From contig OZ059899.1 of NCBI GenBank assembly GCA_964057225.1, positions 3,782,001-3,846,000 of the forward strand: a stretch of 64,000 bases of DNA, given 5' to 3'. Positions within the stretch are counted from its first letter, which is position 1. Every line of letters starts with the position of its first letter. Positions 55,901 to 64,000 of this stretch are shown here, piece after piece. The DNA comes from Auanema rhodensis. Lineage: Eukaryota; Animalia; Nematoda. Made by a program: the position numbers and the translations under genes. The notes under the pieces were generated by a model, which had not been told where the DNA came from, ran no database searches, and saw only the letters and a program-made list of their open reading frames with translations.

Positions 55901-58264
55901 CGTCGATCTGTGTTATCAGATTTGCGCTAGCTTAAAAATGCACCGAGATATCAACTGATATAAGTTTAAACTTATATCCTCGATTTTCACCCTGAAGAAT
56001 TAATTTTTTCGTTAAATAACATTGTCCATCGTCATTGCCTTGAAAAAAGGAATCTAAAAACATCTACTTTTTGCTAAATTATTTTGAAATTTTTCGAAAA
56101 AATTTTTGTCAAAATGTTTTTGGAAGCAATGTTGAGTGTACATGGAAACTCAACATACACTAATGCATCATTTTTCAAACGATCATAACTAATTTTTGTA
56201 TTAAGCGTTTCTCAATGTAGTATAGTGCATTCGATGCGGATTTTTAAGCTACGTCGATCTGTGTTATCAGATTTGCGCTAGCTTAAAAATGCACCGAGAT
56301 ATCAACTGATATAAGTTTACACTTATATCCTCGATTTTCACCCTGAAGAATTAATTTTTTCGTTGAATAACATTGTCCATCGTCTTTGCCTTGAAAAAAG
56401 GAATCTAAAAACATCTACTTTTTGCTAAATTATTTTGAAATTTTTCGAAAAAATTTTTGTCAAAATGTTTTTGGAAGCAATGTTGAGTGTACATGGAAAC
56501 TCAACATACACTAATGCATCATTTTTCAAACGATCATAACTAATTTTTGTATTAAGCGTTTCTCAATGTAGTATAGTGCATTCGATGCGGATTTTTAAGC
56601 TGCGTCGATCTGTGTTATCAGATTTGCGCTAGCTTAAAAATGCACCGAGATATCAACTGATATAAGTTTAAACTTATATCCTCGATTTTCACCCTGAAGA
56701 ATTAATTTTTTCGTTAAATAACATTGTCCATCGTCTTTGCCTTGAAAAAAGGAATCTAAAAACATCTACTTTTTGCTAAATTATTTTGAAATTTTTCGAA
56801 AAAATTTTTGTCAAAATGTTTTTGGAAGCAATGTTGAGTGTACATGGAAACTCAACATACACTAATGCATCATTTTTCAAACGATCATAACTAATTTTTG
56901 TATTAAGCGTTTCTCAATGTAGTATAGTGCATTCGATGCGGATTTTTAAGCTACGTCGATCTGTGTTATCAGATTTGCGCTAGCTTAAAAATGCATTGAG
57001 ATATCAACTGATATAAGTTTACACTTATATCCTCGATTTTCACCCTGAAGAATTAATTTTTTCGTTGAATAACATTGTCCATCGTCTTTGCCTTGAAAAA
57101 AGGAATCTAAAAACATCTACTTTCTGCTAAATTATTTTGAAATTTTTCGAAAAAATTTTTGTCAAAATGTTTTTGGAAGCAATGTTGAGTGTACATGGAA
57201 ACTCAACATACACTAATGCATCATTTTTCAAACGATCATAACTAATTTTTGTATTAAGCGTTTCTCAATGTAGTATAGTGCATTCGATGCGGATTTTTAA
57301 GCTACGTCGATCTGTGTTATCAGATTTGCGCTAGCTTAAAAATGCACCGAGATATCAACTGATATAAGTTTACACTTATATCCTCGATTTTCACCCTGAA
57401 GAATTAATTTTTTCGTTGAATAACATTGTCCATCGTCTTTGCCTTGAAAAAAGGAATCTAAAAACATCTACTTTTTGCTAAATTATTTTGAAATTTTTCG
57501 AAAAAATTTTTGTCAAAATGTTTTTGGAAGCAATGTTGAGTGTACATGGAAACTCAACATACACTAATGCATCATTTTTCAAACGATCATAACTAATTTT
57601 TGTATTAAGCGTTTCTCAATGTAGTATAGTGCATTCGATGCGGATTTTTAAGCTGCGTCGATCTGTGTTATCAGATTTGCGCTAGCTTAAAAATGCACCG
57701 AGATATCAACTGATATAAGTTTACACTTATATCCTCGATTTTCACCCTGAAGAATTAATTTTTTCGTTGAATAACATTGTCCATCGTCTTTGCCTTGAAA
57801 AAAGGAATCCAAAAACTTCTACTTTTTGCTAAATTATTTTAAAATTTTTCGAAAAAATTTTTGTCAAAATGTTTTTGGAAGCAATGTTGAGTGTACATGG
57901 AAACTCAACATACACTAATGCATCATTTTTCAAACGATCATAACTAATTTTTGTATTAAGCGTTTCTCAATGTAGTATAGTGCATTCGATGCGGATTTTT
58001 AAGCTGCGTCGATCTGTGTTATCAGATTTGCGCTAGCTTAAAAATGCACCGAGATATCAACTGATATAAGTTCACACTTATATCCTCGATTTTCACCCTA
58101 AAGAATTAATTTTTTCGTTGAATAACATTGTCCATCGTCTTTGCCTTGAAAAAAGGAATCTAAAAACATCTACTTTTTGCTAAATTATTTTGAAATTTTT
58201 CGAAAAAATTTTTGTCAAAATGTTTTTGGAAGCAATGTTGAGTGTACATGGAAACTCAACATAC

Positions 58265-59668
58265 ACTAATGCATCATTTTTCAAACGATCATAACTAATT
58301 TTTGTATTAAGCGTTTCTCAATGTAGTATAGTGCATTCGATGCGGATTTCTAAGCTGCGTCGATCTGTGTTATCAGATTTGCGCTAGCTTAAAAATGCAC
58401 CGAGATATCAACTGATATAAGTTTAAACTTATATCCTCGATTTTCATCCTGAAGAATTAATTTTTTCGTTAAATAACATTGTCCATCGTCTTTGCCTTGA
58501 AAAAAGGAATCTAAAAACATCTACTTTTTGCTAAATTATTTTGAAATTTTTCGAAAAAATTTTTGTCAAAATGTTTTTGGAAGCAATGTTGAGTGTACAT
58601 GGAAACTCAACATACACTAATGCATCATTTTTCAAACGATCATAACTAATTTTTGTATTAAGCGTTCTTCCATGTAGTATAGTGCATTCGATGCGGATTT
58701 TTAAGCTGCGTCGATCTGTGTTATCAGATTTGCGCTAGCTTAAAAATGTACCGAGATATCAACTGATATAAGTTCACACTTATATCCTCGATTTTCACCC
58801 TGAAGAATTAATTTTTTCGTTGAATAACATTGTCCATCGTCTTTGCCTTGAAAAAAGGAATCTAAAAACATCTACTTTTTGCTAAATTATTTTGAAATTT
58901 TTCGAAAAAATTTTTGTCAAAATGTTTTTGGAAGCAATGTTGAGTGTACATGGAAACTCAACATACACTAATGCATCATTTTTCAAACGATCATAACTAA
59001 TTTTTGTATTAAGCGTTTCTCAATGTAGTATAGTGCATTCGATGCGGATTTCTAAGCTGCGTCGATCTGTGTTATCAGATTTGCGCTAGCTTAAAAATGC
59101 ACCGAGATATCAACTGATATAAGTTTAAACTTATATCCTCGATTTTCATCCTGAAGAATTAATTTTTTCGTTAAATAACATTGTCCATCGTCTTTGCCTT
59201 GAAAAAAGGAATCTAAAAACATCTACTTTTTGCTAAATTATTTTGAAATTTTTCGAAAAAATTTTTGTCAAAATGTTTTTGGAAGCAATGTTGAGTGTAC
59301 ATGGAAACTCAACATACACTAATGCATCATTTTTCAAACGATCATAACTAATTTTTGTATTAAGCGTTCTTCCATGTAGTATAGTGCATTCGATGCGGAT
59401 TTTTAAGCTGCGTCGATCTGTGTTATCAGATTTGCGCTAGCTTAAAAATGTACCGAGATATCAACTGATATAAGTTCACACTTATATCCTCGATTTTCAC
59501 CCTGAAGAATTAATTTTTTCGTTGAATAACATTGTCCATCGTCTTTGCCTTGAAAAAAGGAATCTAAAAACATCTACTTTTTGCTAAATTATTTTGAAAT
59601 TTTTCGAAAAAATTTTTGTCAAAATGTTTTTGGAAGCAATGTTGAGTGTACATGGAAACTCAATATAC
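58265..59668 (+). repeat. 2-monomer (702 bp) tandem duplication, M167-168 / M169-170
   Basis: A tttctaag+gtttaaac+ttcatcc monomer followed by a ttcttcca+atgtacc monomer occurs twice. Confidence 0.88.
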
Positions 59669-62600
59669 ACTAATGCATCATTTTTCAAACGATCATAACT
59701 AATTTTTGTATTAAGCGTTTCTCAATGTAGTATAGTGCATTCGATGCGGATTTTTAAGCTACGTCGATCTGTGTTATCAGATTTGCGCTAGCTTAAAAAT
59801 GCACCGAGATATCAACTGATATAAGTTTACACTTATATCCTCGATTTTCACCCTGAAGAATTAATTTTTTCGTTGAATAACATTGTTCATCGTCTTTGCC
59901 TTGAAAAAAGGAATCTAAAAACATCTACTTTTTGCTAAATTATTTTGAAATTTTTCGAAAAAATTTTTGTCAAAATGTTTTTGGAAGCAATGTTGAGTGT
60001 ACATGGAAACTCAACATACACTAATGCATCATTTTTCAAACGATCATAACTAATTTTTGTATTAAGCGTTTCTCAATGTAGTATAGTGCATTCGATGCGG
60101 ATTTTTAAGCTACGTCGATCTGTGTTATCAGATTTGCGCTAGCTTAAAAATGCACCGAGATATCAACTGATATAAGTTTACACTTATATCCTCGATTTTC
60201 ACCCTGAAGAATTAATTTTTTCGTTGAATAACATTGTTCATCGTCTTTGCCTTGAAAAAAGGAATCTAAAAACATCTACTTTTTGCTAAATTATTTTGAA
60301 ATTTTTCGAAAAAATTTTTGTCAAAATGTTTTTGGAAGCAATGTTGAGTGTACATGGAAACTCAACATACACTAATGCATCATTTTTCAAACGATCATAA
60401 CTAATTTTTGTATTAAGCGTTTCTCAATGTAGTATAGTGCATTCGATGCGGATTTTTAAGCTACGTCGATCTGTGTTATCAGATTTGCGCTAGCTTAAAA
60501 ATGCACCGAGATATCAACTGATATAAGTTTACACTTATATCCTCGATTTTCACCCTGAAGAATTAATTTTTTCGTTGAATAACATTGTCCATCGTCTTTG
60601 CCTTGAAAAAAGGAATCTAAAAACATCTACTTTTTGCTAAATTATTTTGAAATTTTTCGAAAAAATTTTTGTCAAAATGTTTTTGGAAGCAATGTTGAGT
60701 GTACATGGAAACTCAACATACACTAATGCATCATTTTTCAAACGATCATAACTAATTTTTGTATTAAGCGTTTCTCAATGTAGTATAGTGCATTCGATGC
60801 GGATTTTTAAGCTGCGTCGATCTGTGTTATCAGATTTGCGCTAGCTTAAAAATGCACCGAGATATCAACTGATATAAGTTTACACTTATATCCTCGATTT
60901 TACCCTGAAGAATTAATTTTTTCGTTGAATAACATTGTCCATCGTCTTTGCCTTGAAAAAAAGGAATCCAAAAACTTCTACTTTTTGCTAAATTATTTTG
61001 AAATTTTTCGAAAAAATTTTTGTCAAAATGTTTTTGGAAGCAATGTTGAGTGTACATGGAAACTCAACATACACTAATGCATCATTTTTCAAACAATCAT
61101 AACTAATTTTTGTATTAAGCGTTCTTCCATGTAGTATAGTGCATTCGATGCGGATTTTTAAGCTGCGTCGATCTGTGTTATCAGATTTGCGCTAGCTTAA
61201 AAATGCACCGAGATATCAACTGATATAAGTTTACACTTATATCCTCGATTTTCACCCTGAAGAAATAATTTTTTCGTTGAATAACATTGTCCATCGTCTT
61301 TGCCTTGAAAAAAGGAATCTAAAAACATCTACTTTTTGCTAAATTATTTTGAAATTTTTCGAAAAAATTTTTGTCAAAATGTTTTTGGAAGCAATGTTGA
61401 GTGTACATGGAAACTCAACATACACTAATGCATCATTTTTCAAACGATCATAACTAATTTTTGTATTAAGCGTTTCTCAATGTAGTATAGTGCATTCGAT
61501 GCGGATTTTTAAGCTGCGTCGATCTGTGTTATCAGATTTGCGCTAGCTTAAAAATGCACCGAGATATCAACTGATATAAGTTTACACTTATATCCTCGAT
61601 TTTCACCCTGAAGAAATAATTTTTTCGTTGAATAACATTGTCCATCGTCTTTGCCTTGAAAAAAGGAATCTAAAAACATCTACTTTTTGCTAAATTATTT
61701 TGAAATTTTTCGAAAAAATTTTTGTCAAAATGTTTTTGGAAGCAATGTTGAGTGTACATGGAAACTCAACATACACTAATGCATCATTTTTCAAACGATC
61801 ATAACTAATTTTTGTATTAAGCGTTTCTCAATGTAGTATAGTGCATTCGATGCGGATTTTTAAGCTGCGTCGATCTGTGTTATCAGATTTGCGCTAGCTT
61901 AAAAATGCACCGAGATATCAACTGATATAAGTTTAAACTTATATCCTCGATTTTCATCCTGAAGAATTAATTTTTTCGTTAAATAACATTGTCCATCGTC
62001 TTTGCCTTGAAAAAAGGAATCTAAAAACATCTACTTTTTGCTAAATTATTTTGAAATTTTTCGAAAAAATTTTTGTCAAAATGTTTTTGGAAGCAATGTT
62101 GAGTGTACATGGAAACTCAACATACACTAATGCATCATTTTTCAAACGATCATAACTAATTTTTGTATTAAGCGTTTCTCAATGTAGTATAGTGCATTCG
62201 ATGCGGATTTTTAAGCTGCGTCGATCTGTGTTATCAGATTTGCGCTAGCTTAAAAATGCACCGAGATATCAACTGATATAAGTTCACACTTATATCCTCG
62301 ATTTTCACCCTGAAGAAATAATTTTTTCGTTGAATAACATTGTCCATCGTCTTTGCCTTGAAAAAAGGAATCTAAAAACATCTACTTTTTGCTAAATTAT
62401 TTTGAAATTTTTCGAAAAAATTTTTGTCAAAATGTTTTTGGAAGCAATGTTGAGTGTACATGGAAACTCAACATACACTAATGCATCATTTTTCAAACGA
62501 TCATAACTAATTTTTGTATTAAGCGTTTCTCAATGTAGTATAGTGCATTCGATGCGGATTTTCAAGCTGCGTCGATCTGTGTTATCAGATTTGCGCTAGC

Positions 62601-64000
62601 TTAAAAATGCACCGAGATATCAACTGATATAAGTTTACACTTATATCCTCGATTTTCACCCTGAAGAATTAATTTTTTCGTTAATTAACATTGTCCATCG
62701 TCTTTGCCTTGAAAAAAGGAATCTAAAAACATCTACTTTTTGCTAAATTATTTTGAAATTTTTCGAAAAAATTTTTGTCAAAATGTTTTTGGAAGCAATG
62801 TTGAGTGTACATGGAAACTCAACATACACTAATGCATCATTTTTCAAACGATCATAACTAATTTTTGTATTAAGCGTTTCTCAATGTAGTATAGTGCATT
62901 CGATGCGGATTTTTAAGCTGCGTCGATCTGTGTTATCAGATTTGCGCTAGCTTAAAAATGCACCGAGATATCAACTGATATAAGTTCACAATTATATCCT
63001 CGATTTTCACCCTGAAGAATTAATTTTTTCGTTGAATAACATTGTCCATCGTCTTTGCCTTGAAAAAAGGAATCTAAAAACATCTACTTTTTGCTAAATT
63101 ATTTTGAAATTTTTCGAAAAAATTTTTGTCAAAATGTTTTTGGAAGCAATGTTGAGTGTACATGGAAACTCAACATACACTAATGCATCATTTTTCAAAC
63201 GATCATAACTAATTTTTGTATTAAGCGTTTCTCAATGTAGTATAGTGCATTCGATGCGGATTTTTAACCTACGTCGATCTGTGTTATCAGATTTGCGCTA
63301 GCTTAAAAATGCACCGAGATATCAACTGATATAAGTTCACAATTATATCCTCGATTTTCACCCTGAAGAATTAATTTTTTCGTTGAATAACATTGTCCAT
63401 CGTCTTTGCCTTGAAAAAAGGAATCTAAAAACATCTACTTTTTGCTAAATTATTTTGAAATTTTTCGAAAAAATTTTTGTCAAAATGTTTTTGGAAGCAA
63501 TGTTGAGTGTACATGGAAACTCAACATACACTAATGCATCATTTTTCAAACGATCATAACTAATTTTTGTATTAAGCGTTTCTCAATGTAGTATAGTGCA
63601 TTCGATGCGGATTTTTAACCTACGTCGATCTGTGTTATCAGATTTGCGCTAGCTTAAAAATGCACCGAGATATCAACTGATATAAGTTTACACTTATATC
63701 CTCGATTTTCACCCTGAAGAATTAATTTTTTCGTTGAATTACATTGTCCATCGTCTTTGCCTTGAAAAAAGGAATCTAAAAACATCTACTTTTTGCTAAA
63801 TTATTTTGAAATTTTTCGAAAAAATTTTTGTCAAAATGTTTTTGGAAGCAATGTTGAGTGTACATGGAAACTCAACATACACTAATGCATCATTTTTCAA
63901 ACGATCATAACTAATTTTTGTATTAAGCGTTTCTCAATGTAGTATAGTGCATTCGATGCGGATTTTTAAGCTGCGTCGATCTGTGTTATCAGATTTGCGC

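Larger units (their letters stand above)
1..64000. repeat. 351-bp satellite DNA tandem array, about 182.3 head-to-tail copies, running off both window edges
   Basis: 'actaatgcatcatttttcaaacg' recurs at 1, 352, 703 ... 7021 (=1+20x351), 14040, 21060, 28080, 35099 and 63881. The phase shifts only at 1-bp deletions near 9010 and 32540. No unique sequence or strand switch was seen. Confidence 0.99.

Noticed and set aside
1-64000. CRISPR-like array of palindromic repeats
   Set aside because: There are no unique spacers, because the sequence between hairpins is as conserved as the hairpins, and there are no cas genes.
1-64000. One fixed higher-order repeat or a digital code in the variant pattern
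   Set aside because: Block periods vary (1, 2, 4, 5, 6, 8, with dispersed copies at 14, 19 and 32) and each persists for only 2-3 copies. Ordinary local duplication explains the pattern.
1-64000. Pure sequencing or concatemer artefact
   Set aside because: Variants are linked in ordered, hierarchically duplicated haplotypes with positional turnover, which random read errors on one template would not produce. Individual duplications could still be assembly errors.

Overview
The whole 64 kb window is one uninterrupted, head-to-tail, single-orientation tandem array of an AT-rich 351-bp monomer (hand count 110 G+C in 351 bp, about 31% GC). It holds 182 complete copies plus a final 120-bp partial copy. 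Copies differ from the consensus by only a few substitutions each, and I found only four 1-bp indels. This is the architecture of a eukaryotic satellite DNA array (centromeric, pericentromeric or other heterochromatin). I do not recognise the family or species. There are no credible genes, RNA genes, CRISPR spacers or inserted mobile elements, and all listed ORFs are chance reading frames of the monomer. I found no novel gene-encoded system. The informative structure is non-coding: (i) each monomer carries four inverted repeats; (ii) diagnostic SNPs reveal local tandem duplications of 1, 2, 4, 5, 6 and 8 monomers, an incipient A/B dimer pattern, and variant turnover along the array; (iii) several variants perfect quasi-palindromes; (iv) chimeric junction monomers tend to switch near the largest inverted repeat. 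Numbering: monomer Mn starts at 'actaatgcat', at 1+351(n-1) for n<=26, 351(n-1) for n=27-93, and 351(n-1)-1 for n>=94. All variant cataloguing was done by eye and should be confirmed by alignment.
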